Assembly: GCA_951406725.2 (NCBI GenBank)
Contig: OX597832.1
Location: forward strand, 26,908,001 to 26,972,000
DNA length: 64,000 bases
Source: Octopus vulgaris
Lineage: Eukaryota
Direction of reading: 5' to 3'
Shown in pieces: positions 23,201 to 37,185 of the stretch (its first letter is position 1; each line of letters opens with the position of its first letter). The notes under the pieces are model-generated. The model did no database searches. It had not been told where the DNA came from and saw only the letters and a program-made list of their open reading frames with translations. The translations under genes and the position numbers were made by a program.

Positions 23201-24999
23201 TTTCACATTGCTCCAGTCCACTCAGCTGGCAAAAATGAGTGGCCTTGTCACACTGAATCTCCCTGTGAACTGCATTATGGGTACACATATCTGTGGTGCA
23301 CTCAGCCACTTGTACATTAATTTCATGAGCAGGCTGTTCCACTGATGGGAGTGCCAGGTTTACATTTGTTAAATATTAACAAAGTAACAGATGTGAATGG
23401 CATGGTTGGAAGTGCAGAGGATATATTGATTTGAAACTGGTGATGTCTAGCCCTAGGTTAATCTTAATCAAGCTAGTGTCTATGACCTAAGTCACTCTAA
23501 GCATGACTATCCTGCCTATTTTTCCAGATACAGTTTAATTAAAGAACCGGTTGAGGATAGTGAAAAGGGGGAAATGTCAGAGGAGATGCCTAGCAATATT
23601 TGTTCTGGGTTTTTGCATTCTGAGTTCAAATCCTGGTATAGCCTACGTGGGTGGGGGACATGATCCACTGCTTGGTTTAACACCACCACCTTAGCACCCT
23701 GGGTGTCTTTGGTGGAAGCCTGTCTGTTGCAAGCATTCGGGCCAGATCCCTGGTTTCTGGATCTCTTACTCTCTACCCCTCCCCAGTCTCAGAGACCCCG
23801 TAAAATGGTCATGGACACTGTCCCTTCCTTCCAGACTGAATGATAACTGCCCCCATTCTCCAGAATTACATTATCTATAAGGTGTGGTTTGAGGGCGATT
23901 TTGCAGCTAGAAAAGCGATGGTGAAGCCCCTTACCATTCCAGAGGTGTTGCCAGCAGTGGTAGAACTGCTGGGAGCTCGTTAAGCGGGTTATTCTGAAGG
24001 TGATTAAATAAAATTTGGGAAATGTACAAAATTGTCTTTTTTATGGCCGAAGGTGTCAGATAGTTTTTGAACACACCTCAGATACTGGGCACCAATCGAC
24101 TAATTTTTACCTATCTCCTTTATTAATTTTGTATCTTGTCTGACAATGTAAGAGATCAAATATTATTAATTAAACAATATTGTTAATTAAAAATTAGTTT
24201 TAAAATTATTATAATACAAAATGAGACATCAAAATATTCCTACACAGAAAAATATGGAATGGTAAAAAAAATGGTAAAAAAAAAAAAATTAAATTAAAAT
24301 AAAATAAAATGAAATAAAAAACAATGAAAGACAAAAAAAAATGGAGTGGTGGGGTAGGTGGGAGGCTTTTGTCTTTTCAATGGTTTTTACTATTTTTTTT
24401 TACTGTTTTATATAATTTTTTTTTACATTGTTGCATACAAAGAATCCCCACCCCGTCTTATGTGGACAAGGGATTCAGCTGTTTTTTTTTTGTTATTTTC
24501 TGCTATTTTGTTTCTTAATAGCTGGATATCGTTTCTACTTGTTAAATAGGGAAATGTGAAGTAAGGGGTGGGGGGTAGTCAAAATGGATGGGTGTGGGGT
24601 GGGAGGTTGGAACAGAGACAATGGTTAAAAAGGAACATTTATTCTTAAGAACCAGCAGCAGAATCGGCCACTAAGTCCAGCACCTTAATATGAAATCCAT
24701 TGTGATAATATTTTCTGGTATTTTCAAGGTTGTTGTTGTTTGTTTTTTTTTTTGTAATTTTTTTTGTTTTTGTTTTGCCAGCTGATACCTCTCACTTGCA
24801 AAGTCTTTTTCACAATTGACAGAAGAATGGAAGAATAAAAAAAAAAAATAGACAATTAGAAAAAAAAAAAAAACTCAAGAAAGTTGAAGTTCGTTTACAG
24901 AAAACAAAATCTTAAAGAATTTCATCGATGTAGAATTAAGGTAACACAAAATATAATTTCTAACAGAGGCACATGGTCACAGATCTTATTTTTTTTGCT

Positions 25000-25402
25000 T
25001 ACTTTTAATCTTAGAGTAGGGGTTAGTTGTTTAAGTCAGTCCCTGTACTTTTACCAAACCCAGGAGGATTAAAAACGAAGCTGTCTTTGGCAGAATTTGA
25101 ACTCAGAATGGAAAGCGCCAGAACAAATACTGCAAAGTATTTTTTTCCTGACACCATTCCAAATAATAATAAAACAATAGTCCTTTCTAATAAAGGCACA
25201 AGGCCTGAAATATTGGAAGAGGGGATAAGTCAATCACATCGAACCCCCCCCCCCCAGTGTTTCATTGGTACTTAATTTATTGACCCCAAAAGGATGAAAA
25301 GTAAAGTCGACCTCGGCAGAATTTGAACTCAGAACGTAAGGACACACAAAGTGCCACTTAGCATTTTGTCCGGTGTACAAACAATTCTGCCAGCTCACTG
25401 CC

Positions 25403-25434
<32 letters not shown>

Positions 25435-25657
25435 TATTATTATTATTATTATTATTTCTTGGCCTAGGAAAACTTTGGGGGAAGGGGGCTAGTTGATTAT
25501 ATTGACCCCAGTGCGTAACTGGTACTTATTTCATCGACCCCTGAAAGGATGAAAGGCAAAGTCAACCTCAGCAGAATTTGAACTCAGAACATAGCAGCAG
25601 ACAAAATACTACCAATCATTTTGCCTGGCGTGCTAACGATCCTGCCAGCTCGCTGCC

Positions 25658-25695
<38 letters not shown>

Positions 25696-26480
25696 TTCTA
25701 CTAAAGACACATGGCCTGGAATTTTAGGGAAGGGGGCTGTCGATTACATCGATCTCAGTATCTCACTGGTACTTAATTTATCAACCCTGGTGGAATTTGA
25801 ACGCAGAACGTAGCGGCAGACGAAATACTTTTAAGCATTTCGGCCGGCATGCTAACAATTCTGCCAGCCTGCCATCTTAATAATAATGATGATGACGATG
25901 AAGATAATAATAATAATAACAATAATGATACTTTCTATTATAGGCACAAGGCCTGAAATTTTTGGGAAGTGGGGCCAGTCGATTAGACGCAACTGGTACT
26001 TAATTTATTGACCCTGAAAGGATGAAAGGCTAAGTCGAACTTCATGGAATTTGAACTCTGAATGTAGCTGTGGGTAAAATACCACTAAGCATTTCGCCTG
26101 GCATGCTAATGATTCTGCCAGCTCACTGCAAGAATAATAATAATAATGATGGTTTCAAATTTTGGCAGAAGGTCAGCAATTTAAAGGAAGGTGGCAAATT
26201 GGTTATTTCAACCCCTAGTACTTAAATGGTACTTTATCAATTCCGAAAGGGTGAATTTCAACTGAGAGCCTAAAAAATTGGAAGAAATGCTGTTAGGCAT
26301 TTTGTCAACCACTTTAATGGTTTGGCCAATCTACTGCCAACGGTTTCTCTAATATAGGCATAAAGCTACAGTTTTATAGTCTATTACATGAACATCAGTT
26401 TATGACTGGTAGGTTACATTTATCAACTAAGAAAAAAAGTTCAGTCAACCCTGTGATTTGAAATTAGAATACAGAGATCA
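25000..26480 (-). mobile_element. Head-to-tail cluster of ~6 same-orientation SINE copies separated by (AAT)n
   Basis: GAATTTGAAC-C-GAA B-box repeated at ~25093, 25319, 25574, 25793, 26048, plus degenerate copies. Confidence 0.85.
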
Positions 26481-26539
26481 AAATACTGCAATACTTATTT
26501 TAGTCTATTAAACCATTCTACTACTGTACACACATACAG

Positions 26540-26597
<58 letters not shown>

Positions 26598-27318
26598 ACC
26601 CTGCATATATAAAAGGTGGCCATAAAGTTGGAATACATAAGTGAAAATGAAAAGCTCATATTTAATCTGTGAAGAAAATAAAGAAAGAAAAACAAGAATA
26701 TTATCGGTATTTCCATGTGTCCAGACTTTATGGACACATATTTGTCACAAAGGCAATACATAAGGGATCACTTTTGTGTTGTAAAAGACTAAAAAGGGGT
26801 TGACATCAGGATGAGCATACAGCTGTGAAACATTGCTGCAAAAAGTCTCACCCAACACATGCCAGCATGGAAATCCTCCTCCACATCATCATCATCAAGC
26901 CCTGGACGTTACTGACTCAGGTCCTTGGGCTCGCGGGGGCCGGTTATCCGGTAACCATTGTATACAAGCGACTGAGATCACAAGATGGCCACCCTGGATG
27001 GAATGTCAGTCCATTTCAGGGTCACTAATTTATAGATGAAATGAAATGTTTCGCTCAAAAACACACCACACCCCCTGGTTGGTCTGGGAATCGAACCCGT
27101 GATCTGACAATCACGAGTGCAACACACTAACCACCAGGCCAGCATGAAAAAGCAGAGATTAAAATGATGACAACGATGATGATGATGATGATGCAACACA
27201 TATACCAATAAATTAATCATTATCAATTATAATAAATATTTTTATTGTAGTTATCATTATCTTTATTATTATTATCTTAGTAATTATTATTGTCTTTATT
27301 ATTATTATTATCTTTGTA

Positions 27319-27350
<32 letters not shown>

Positions 27351-27376
27351 AGCGACCTCATGTTAGAAATTATATG

Positions 27377-27413
<37 letters not shown>

Positions 27414-28070
27414 TTTTTTTTTCTTTTGGAGAAGACAAAAAAATGAAATAAAGATAAATTAGTAAAGTGTGAAAAAATACAAAAAAAAAATTACAATTAA
27501 AAATGTTTAATGATCTCGTTATCACAATACTTTTAGGTTTGTTTTTCTTGTTTTTTTTTCCATTTAATTTTTTTTGGTAAAATATAAAAAAAAAATATTT
27601 TATCTTATCACAATAGTGCATATGTGTGAGGATGCGTATGTACGTGTGTGTGCATGTGTGCGTGTGCATGCATAATATATATGTGCGTGAGAGAGATAAG
27701 TTATGTGACTATATATATATATATATATATGACAATGTATAAGTATGTGAAACAGTGTGTGTGTGTGTATGCATGCATGTATGTCTTAATATGTTAGTTT
27801 AAGTGTGAGAATGTGTGTGTAAACAAGAGATTGTGTATGTATGTGTGTGTGTGTGTGTTGATAAATATGTGTATGGATGTGTGAAGGTGTATATAATATA
27901 TATGTACATGTGTTTTGTCCAAAAATCTAATGTACCTGGAAATACATCGCTTCAACCACCACCACCTCCTCCTCCTCCTCCCAGTGTATTACTGGTATTC
28001 ATCTGATTAACTGTTCCCCCATCCATTAGAAGGAAGAAAAGCAAAAACTGATCTGGCAGTGTTTTAACTC

Positions 28071-28085
<15 letters not shown>

Positions 28086-28169
<84 letters not shown>

Positions 28170-28191
28170 AAGAAAGAGAGAGAGAAAGAAA

Positions 28192-28260
<69 letters not shown>
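28086..28260. repeat. (GA)n microsatellite. Large (TA)n/(CA)n compound tracts also at 26542-26595, 48211-48900, 50269-50343, 50890-51290, 51914-52250, 52551-52715, 57331-57745
   Basis: Directly visible dinucleotide runs. Confidence 0.97.
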
Positions 28261-28263
<3 letters not shown>

Positions 28264-28525
28264 GATATATTATAAGTATTCTAGTTTGGTGCTTTAATAT
28301 TTCTTCTGACACGAGTGACATCTATGTTAATACAATATCGACAATTTATAAGTTGTATTTTTTAAAAATTTCTTGCTTTTCAAAATGTAATGGGTGAAGT
28401 TATTACATATCACACACACACACACACAGATATATTGAATGTATCCATGTGTGTGTATGTGTGTATAGAGTACCAGTTATATGCGGTGGGGAAGTCACTC
28501 CCACAACTTCTCAATAATACACACA

Positions 28526-28568
<43 letters not shown>

Positions 28569-29022
28569 TATTCTGGGTTTAGACTGGATTTCACTTCTGT
28601 TTGTAAAACCAAACCTATGTGATGTAGTGTCATTTATCAGTCTCCAACACTGCAATGTCCTGCCACCACCCTTTCAAATCATTTCCATACATTGGTATGC
28701 GACCACCTTATGTTTTAAGGGGAGAGAGAAGGAAGGGCCAATAAAATTGCCCCCCCCCACCTACTAGTTTGTACACCGATCTGAAACTTTATAAGGGCTT
28801 TGCCAAAATATTGGGTCCAAATTTTGGCGCAAGGACCCAGCAATTGTTTGGTGGCGACAACTTGACTATGCTGATCCCAGTGCCCAACTGATATTTGTTT
28901 TATTAGCCCCGAAAGGGTCAAAGGCAAATTCGGCCTTTCTGGAATTTGAACGTAAAAACAGATGAAATGCTGCGAAGCATTTAGTCTGGTGGGGTAACAG
29001 TTCTACCAGCTCACCGCCTTGG

Positions 29023-29488
29023 GGATGTACCAAAATATCCTCTTCTATTCTAGGCAAAAGCCCAGAAATTTGGGGGAGGGGGCCAGTCGATTAGATCGAC
29101 CCCAGTACACAACTGGTACTTAATTTATCAACCTCTGAAAAGATGAAAGGCAAAGTCAACCTTGGTGGAATGGATGTACCAAAATATTCTCTTCTCTTCT
29201 AGGCAAAAGCCCAAAATTTTTGGGGAGGGGCCAGTCGATTAGATCGACCCCAGTACGCAACTGGTACTTAATTTATTGACCTCCAAAAGGATGAAAGGCA
29301 AAGTCGACCTCGGTGGAATGGATGTACCAAAATATTCTCTTCTCTTCTAGGCAAAAGCCCAAAATTTTGGGGGAGGGTGGGGTCAGTCGATTAGATCGAC
29401 CCCAGTACACAACTGGTACTTAATTTATCGACCTCTGAAAGGATGAAAGGCAAAGTCGACCTCGGTGGAATGGATGTACCAAAATATT
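29023..29488. repeat. Triplicated ~150-bp SINE-junction segment
   Basis: GGATGTACCAAAATAT at 29023, 29172, 29320, 29472. Confidence 0.9.
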
Positions 29489-30734
29489 GCAGCATTTGTT
29501 TGCTATTTATTCTCGTGCTATGACACCTTAAAGTGGTTATTGAATCCTACATTGTCACAAACATCCAGAAATTGTTCGCAAGAGATAGAATCGATTCTAT
29601 TTGGAATGACACTTTGCTGGTTGTTATTTAAAGTCAGTGAATTAACAGAGTTCTTAGAGAAGTGGTTCTTAACCCTGGCTCTCAGGGTCGCATGTGGATG
29701 CCCTCAACCACCCTTCCAGCAGCCTCCGACAGTCATCCCTCTAAAAATATCAATAATTTTTAGGTCTGACCCCTAAAAAGGTTCAGTTTTTGGATCTGAC
29801 CCAGATATTAAAATGGTGGAGAGCCAGTATGTTAGAGCATCAGATAACAATGTCTTGTTTCTTATTTTCTATGTTCTGAGTTCAAATCCTACCAAAGTCA
29901 CCATTGATTTTTGTCTTTCTGGGGTTGATAAAATAAAAGTAAAAGTACTAGTAAAAGTTGGTAGATTGTTAAAGCCTTGTTGTATCTATTGTGAATCCTT
30001 AAGTTGTGAGTTCAAATTCTACCTCTCTACCCAGTAGAAAACAGGACCTTCAAGACCCAAATAATAGCAGAGATAATAATAATAATCCTTTCTACTATAG
30101 GCATGAGGCCTGAAACTTTGTGGTAGGGACGTAACTGATTACATGGACCCCAGTAGTCAACTGGTACCTATTTTATCGACCCTAGAAAGATGAAAGGCAA
30201 AGTTGACTTCAGCAGAATTTGAATAATTTTGAGGAAAGTGGAGTTGGTACATTTGTGCCTAGTATTTCACTGGTCCTTTATTTTATGGACTCAGAATGAA
30301 CAATAGAAAGCTAAGTTGACCGTGACAAAATCTGAACTTAAAATGTGAAGAGCTGGAAGAATACCTCATAAAAAATACATTAAAAAATACTGCAGAATAA
30401 TACATAAAAATATTTAATGAATTTTTGCTTTTCCTTGTTTTGTTATGCAATATCCCCACCCCCACCAGAGCTCCTAAAGTAACCATGGTAACCATATACT
30501 GGGATATTGGTCATAGGCTGAAGAGAAACAAGGAGTCTAAATATTGGCTGAAGTTTCTAGAAACAAGATTTTGCATTCATTCATCTATTTTCTCAGCCCA
30601 CGCTCCTGGAAGGATTGTGGGGTAAAAGTCCTCAGGCACTTCACACTCTTATCAGAAGCAACCCTCATTGGACTCTTCCCAGCTGGATTCCCTAGCATGA
30701 CTGAGACAATGGATGTTATCCAACCATCCCATCC

Positions 30735-31470
30735 TTAGTCTACACCCCTACGTCCCCTGCCAGTTGGCTCAGCTTGAAGTATCTGTCTTGTGATTGTTTT
30801 CTGTGACATTCTAATCCCCTGTCTGTGGTATCGGAACAGTGACCTGTCATAACAGAGCAGTAGTGATGGGTTCATCTGGAGACACTCTCTGACCCCTGAG
30901 CTATTCAACCTGTTGAATAACGTTACTCCAGAGATCCTGCAGGGGAAACCCCGTTTTGACCACCTGTATTTGCAATCACGCTCTAGTTCACATTCATGAC
31001 CATAAGCGAGGATAGAAATGAAAACCAAATTGAAGACAGTGAGGTTAGATTTTTAACCAAACCACTTCTCTTCTGAGGATGGAATGCAGCAACTGGTATG
31101 TTACTTTGACAGAACCTGAATTTCCAGCATCCAATTCAGCCGCCTACTTCCAGTCCCTCCTGAATACAACCTTGAAAAACTTTAAACTTCTCCCACTTGT
31201 CTCAATGATGTTTCATTAACATACAAGGTGCACAGGGAAGACCTTCTTAAGGGGACAGTTGTCTTGATCTTTGTAACATTGATTCTTATGCTAACCTTGC
31301 AACACTCAGCAGTGAACCCATTCAGTGCACACTGGGGATCACCGCTTCTGATGAGCCAAATAGCACCATGTCATTTGTATATATCAGTTGTCTGATCCTA
31401 AACCAACCAATTGTGATACTAATTCCACAATAGCTACACATGTCAATCCAGTTCATAAAAATTATGAAAA
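30735..31470 (-). mobile_element. Degenerate RTE-clade LINE ORF2 3' fragment
   Basis: ILAYGHEC...RISGVTLFNRLNSSGVRECLQM...RMSQKTITRQILQAEPTGRGRRG, with frameshifts and stops. Confidence 0.75.
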
Positions 31471-32783
31471 GATTTTATTTTTTTATTTTTATTCTATTTT
31501 ATTCTATTCTATTCACAGAGTTGTACTTGCCAGGCAAGTTATTTGATCCGAGACCACATGTTGAAACTAAAACATCTACAGCATGGAAGACGCATATTAT
31601 CCACACATGAAAATTGCTAACTTTACTTAAAACATTATTTGGTGTCAAAATGTTTCTGTCACCTGGTCATTAAGAATCTTTGTGTGTCTTTCAATGGCTA
31701 ACATATGTCTTCTACAATCTAATCGGTTTATTTCATTTGCCTTTGTTTATTTCAATAACCTTGTTTCTTTTGTGTCTGGATTATTTCCTGGGCTGATGGT
31801 GGTGGGGGTTGTAAAATTTCTCTTTCATTCATCATTTCAAAGCTAACTCTGTGCGTCCATGTGTAGACTTTTATAAATAAAATTTGAGGTTTTTGGACAA
31901 ACAACCTATTTTTTGTGTTTCTATTTATACATTTTTGGCAGCAACCTGGCTTTGAATCAAGAAAACCAGTTGCTTACCAACTGGGTCAGGTCAAGAAAGA
32001 GCAAGATATGAACTTTTCATTGAATGCTAAAGAAAAAAAAAACATTAACCAGATCCAATCATGTCACAGAATTAAAAGACTCTGCCCACCCATACCTGTT
32101 AGCAATATGATTGGTTCTGAAATCCTTTTGAAGCCAACACAGCCCCTATGATGTAAGCTTCCTGTTTTAAAATCCTTAAGGATCTGGATTTAAATCTATC
32201 AAAATTTTATGCTAATTTGTTCCAAACACGCAAATGTGTGTGTGTGTGTACCTTTTATTTTTTATTTGCTGCAGTCACTGGGCTGCAGCCATGCAGGGGC
32301 ACTGTCTTGAAGAGTTTAGATGAACATATCGACCCCGACCACTGTTTTTCAAGCCTACTTCTTATTCTACCAGACACTCACGCAAGGTTCCGTGCAATGG
32401 AACTGAACACCCTCTGCGCACCCCAGGCAAAACTCAGAGTAGCAGGGGACTGACTTGACCAAAGTAAAAACATTATTCATACTCCACTTAATACGGACGT
32501 TTTGTTAGAACACCAAATACTGCATTATTAGCCTTAAGAGATCCCTTCTTATGGACGCATGGTGCAGTATTTGATGTTCCAACACGACATCCACATTAAG
32601 TTGGATATAAAGATTACCTTTTGATACTAATAATGCTTCTGTCACTAATAATTATCATTCACACACACACACACATATATATATATAAATTAGAAAAAAA
32701 CGACCTTTTATCAATTCAATAATGAAAAATTAAATTATTGAATTGATAAAAGGTAGCTTTTTTTTCTAATTTTTATATATATA

Positions 32784-33155
32784 TCTCTCTCTATATAAAC
32801 GGCAGTTTGTCTGTGTGCATGTCTGTGTGTCTGTTAGGTTGTACCCTCACCCTGACCACGGCTTTCAACCGATTCTGATGAAACTTGACACACACATAGC
32901 CCAATGTCATAATTCAAAACTAACGCACCGAAAATTTTGAAAAGTTCCCCCAGTTCTAAAAGATCGATAAATTCGACATGGGGTCGACAATCAGAAACAC
33001 AAACCACAGACTATCTAGGGGACGCAACTCGACCTTTTTAACTCTCAAAAAAAATTTACCATCATTTTTTCTGCTATTTTTTGGCTATAACTCTCTAAAA
33101 ATGCTTTATAGTTATTTCCCTTACAAACCCGAGCAACGCCGGGCGATACTGCTAG
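32784..33155 (+). mobile_element. Non-autonomous Helitron
   Basis: 5' TC after A; 3' hairpin CCCG-AGCAACGC-CGGG then CTAG before T; internal (CTGT)-like microsatellite; no TSD. Confidence 0.8.
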
Positions 33156-34739
33156 TATATTATATTTTGTGAAATTTGATTTAGTATTTCTAAATTAAAT
33201 TTTTCCCTGTAAGTTTGGAATAATATTCCCTCATATTATTATTATTATTATAATATATATATATATATATAATATAATATATATGATAATACACACACGT
33301 ATATATTTATGCATGTGTGTAGGCGTTTACGCAAGGTATGCGCTATTACTTTTGGTATCAGAGTTATACCGCAAGAACAGGAAGTTATAAGGATGTTGAG
33401 GTATGCGATAGAGTCATTCATGCCTTTCCCCAACAGATTTTGTGTGAGTGCGTGTGAGATGGGCCTTTTTCGTTTCAGACACAATGCATCTTGGACTATA
33501 TTATATAATGTCCTTTTGCTTTTGAAGAAAGGTGGCTGTGACATGAAGGGGACTTAGCTGCTATTTCTCAAAGGCTCCCTCATGTAATTATTATATATTT
33601 AATATATATAGGTTGTTATTTTAAATTTATATAAGTCCTGCCAATTGCAAGAAATTATAATAATAACAATGATGGTTTCAAATTTTGCTACAAGGGCAGC
33701 TATTTTGCGGGAGGGGATGAGTTAATTACATCGACCCCAGTATTTCACTGGTACTTGATTTATCGACCCTGAAAGGATGAAAGCAAAGTCAACCTCGGTG
33801 GAATTTGAACTCAGAACGTAGTGGCATATGAAATACCGCTAAGTATTTCGCCCAGCATGCTAACGATTCTACCAGCTGGTCACCTTGATGATGATAATAA
33901 TAATGATAATAAAATGGATGTTGAATGTCTTCCATGATAATTAACAACCAAGTATCAATGTGCTGAAAGGGACTCTGTGAGACCCCTGGCAACAGGCTGC
34001 TGTCCTCTCTCACATAATCTGCCAGAGCAAACAATATCTGACCATTCTGAGATGTAAAACAATAATAATTCTAACAGCAGCAGAAGACCTTAGATTTTGA
34101 TAAAAGTGACCCCTAGTTGACCACAGTGGATTACTGGTAGTTTATTTATGGACATCCCTGCTCCTCTTGAAAAATGAAAGGTAAAGTTCACCTTGGATTA
34201 TGTTTGAACTCACTGTAAAGGGAGGTAATTAACTCAAGACAAGTTTTCTGATGTTTTACCTATTTTTTGTTGGATCCTTACCTAAGCACGAGGGTACAAA
34301 ATGGAGGGTTCGGTCAATTATAGTGACACCAGTATCTAACTGGTACCTTATTTTATCAACACTGGAATGACAAAAGACCAAGCCGACTTTGGCAGGATTT
34401 GAACTCGGGAGTAAAAGGTTTGCAACCACATACTGCAAGACATTGTCGGATAGTCTATGGATTCTATCATCCACCATCCTTCTTGACACTCCAGTTACGC
34501 CAATCACCATCTTCATAAAATTAATAATAATAATCGTTTAATAATAATAATAATAATCTACAAGGCCTGAAATTTTGCAGGGAGTGGGGTGAGTCGATTA
34601 AATCAACTGGTGCTTGCTTTTTTTGACCCTGAAAGAATGAAAGGCAAAGTCGACCTGAGCAGGATTTGAACACAGAGATGGATGAAATACCACTAAGCAT
34701 TTTGTCCGGTGTGCTAACGATTCTGCCAGCTCACTGCCC

Positions 34740-34773
<34 letters not shown>

Positions 34774-35030
34774 AATAATAATAATAATAATAATAGTGTA
34801 GTAGAACTGTTTACAATAGTAATTAATGGTTTCAAATTTTGGCACAAGGCCAGAAATTTCGGGGGGGGGAGGTAAGTCAGTTATATTGACCCCCAGTGCA
34901 TAACTGGTACTTATTTTATTGATCCTGAAAGGATGAAAGGCATAGTCAACCTCAACAGAATTTGAACTCAGAACACAAAGGTGGAAGAAATACCGCTAAG
35001 CATTTTCCCCAGCCTGCTTACCATTCTGTC

Positions 35031-35064
<34 letters not shown>

Positions 35065-35895
35065 AAAACAAGATTTCTCCAGCACCTGAGATGACATAAG
35101 TGGAGGTGGTGGTGGTGGTGGTAGTTGCTGATGGTGGCGACAGTGCAGTGATTGCACATGACGCTTAGATGCAAATGTGCAGTAGGAAAGCAAAAAGCAA
35201 TAAATTAACTTTTTTAATAAACGAATAAAAAGAAGAGGGGAAAGAGAGAGAGTAGGAGGTGAGACGTGAGAGAGTGCAAAATATATTTAAAAAAAAAATT
35301 TAAATATTAAATGCAAAAGAAAAAAAAAAAGAAATTAAAAATAAACGACAACAAAAATTAAAAATGACACTGATTAGTTACAAAAAATATATTTTTGAAA
35401 TGAAAAAGAAAAAAAAAAAAAATGGAATTTTTTCGGTGCTGAAAAAAAATTTTTTTTAAGTGGAGGAAAAGAGGAAAAGATGAATTTTTTTTTTTTGTAT
35501 ATATTAAAAAAAAATATACAGACCAAAAAAAAGTATTGGTATGTTGGGTGAGTGGAATTGGTAGGAGGTGGTGGTGGTGTAGAAATACATGGGAGATAGT
35601 GGGGTAAAAGGGGAGGCGGAGGAGGAGGAGACAGGGTCACCGTCTTGTCTCAAATTCCTCAGTCGTAGTATTTCGACAACACTAGAACCTTCTGTGTTTT
35701 TATGTGTTTGTTACATGTCTAGGAGCAATTCTTCGCTGCACTTGTTGACATGCTAGCATCATCTTTGGTTTTTTTCCCATCATGCATAAGCGATGGAGCA
35801 AAAAAAAAAAAAAGAAAATAACAAAAAAAAACACGAAACTCCCAACAACAATGGCCAGTCAGTCGTTTGTTTAGATCCGTAATTTGTTTCTGGTT

Positions 35896-36146
35896 TTATT
35901 TATTTTTTAATTCACCATTTAAGCTGTTCTCTTTCTCCACAGACGTTTCCCCTCCCATTAGTTTGGCACCGTTGATGCCGCGAACGGTGATTTTATTCGG
36001 TCGTACCAGCAGACCGCAGTTTGGTTTACACAGGAAGTACCGTTTGTTGTTCACGCTGCCATCGTTTTTACCTTTCGCAGTCCGCAACTCCACACCGATC
36101 CAGACGCCTTCCGCAAAATCTGTTGGTCCGATATAACGAATAACAC
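35896..36146 (-). CDS. CLIP4: CLIP4 last coding exon, CAP-Gly 3 and C-terminus: (G)[82 protein letters not shown]
   Basis: TTTGTCTTAG acceptor, TAA stop at 35898-35896. A third GKNDG domain and the LVRPxxxTxRGINGxKL tail fit CLIP4 (three CAP-Gly) rather than CLIP3 (two). Confidence 0.95.
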
Positions 36147-37087
36147 CTAAGACAAAGAGAAACAGAGAGAGAGAAAGAGAAAGGTTATTGATCGCTCATG
36201 GCTGAAGACAGTAACGGAACCAGTGATTGGAGGGTGTAATCAATAGACAATAATTAATGATTTGATGATTATAATGATGGTGGTGGTGGTGGAGTTGATG
36301 ATGATGATGCTACCCACTTTTGTAAGAGTGAAAATGAAAAGATGATGAGGATGATGACGATGGCTCTCTTAACACTCCAGAAAAAAACGCAAAAATTCTA
36401 CACAGCTTAATTCTGCCAGTGCATGATGGTACTTATTTTAGTGACCCTGAAAGGATGAGATAGCAAAGTCAACCTTGGTGGCATTTGAATTCAGAACATG
36501 AAGACGGACAAAATGCTGCCAAGCATTTTGCCCATCGTGCAAACAATTTTTCCAGCTTGCTACCTTGTAATCAACAGGTAATATTGATAATTGTGATGAT
36601 AATGATGATGATGGTGATGGTGATAATGACAATGAGTGTGATGGTGATAATGGTTATGTTTGTAGTGAACCTGAGCATTGTGAACATTAAGATCATTATT
36701 ATATTTTCATGGTGCTATATCACCAGGTGGTGCTATTAAGTTAGACATGGCCTGGGCCAATAATGGCCGAAACCTATCAAAGTATACCTGTGATGATGAT
36801 GATGGATTTGATGATTACAATGATGGTGGTGGTGGTGGAGATGATGACGATAATGTTACCCACTTTTGTAAGAGTGAAAATGAAAAGATGACGATGACGA
36901 TGGCTCTCTTAACACTCCAGAAAAAAAGGCAAAAATTCTACACAGCTTAACATGTCTATGCATACCCAAAACACAGATCACGAAGAAATTTGAATGTTCG
37001 ATTTGATAGACAGAAACCATTTCCATGAAAATGGGAAAAAGAAACGAAAAGAAAAAAAGAACAAAAAAAAGAAAGACGCCAACCAAC

Positions 37088-37185
37088 CTAATTCATTGCT
37101 GCAGAAGACACCCATTCCAATCTCAAGCTTCAGCTCTGAACTGGCACCAGGCACACGGGCAATCTTTGGATTTGTATTTTTGGCA
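37088..37185 (-). CDS. CLIP4: CLIP4 exon, start of CAP-Gly 3: AKNTNPKIARVPGASSELKLEIGMGVFCSNEL(G)
   Basis: TTTTGTTCCAG acceptor, G|GTTGGT donor, 98 nt (phase 2->1). Confidence 0.88.
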
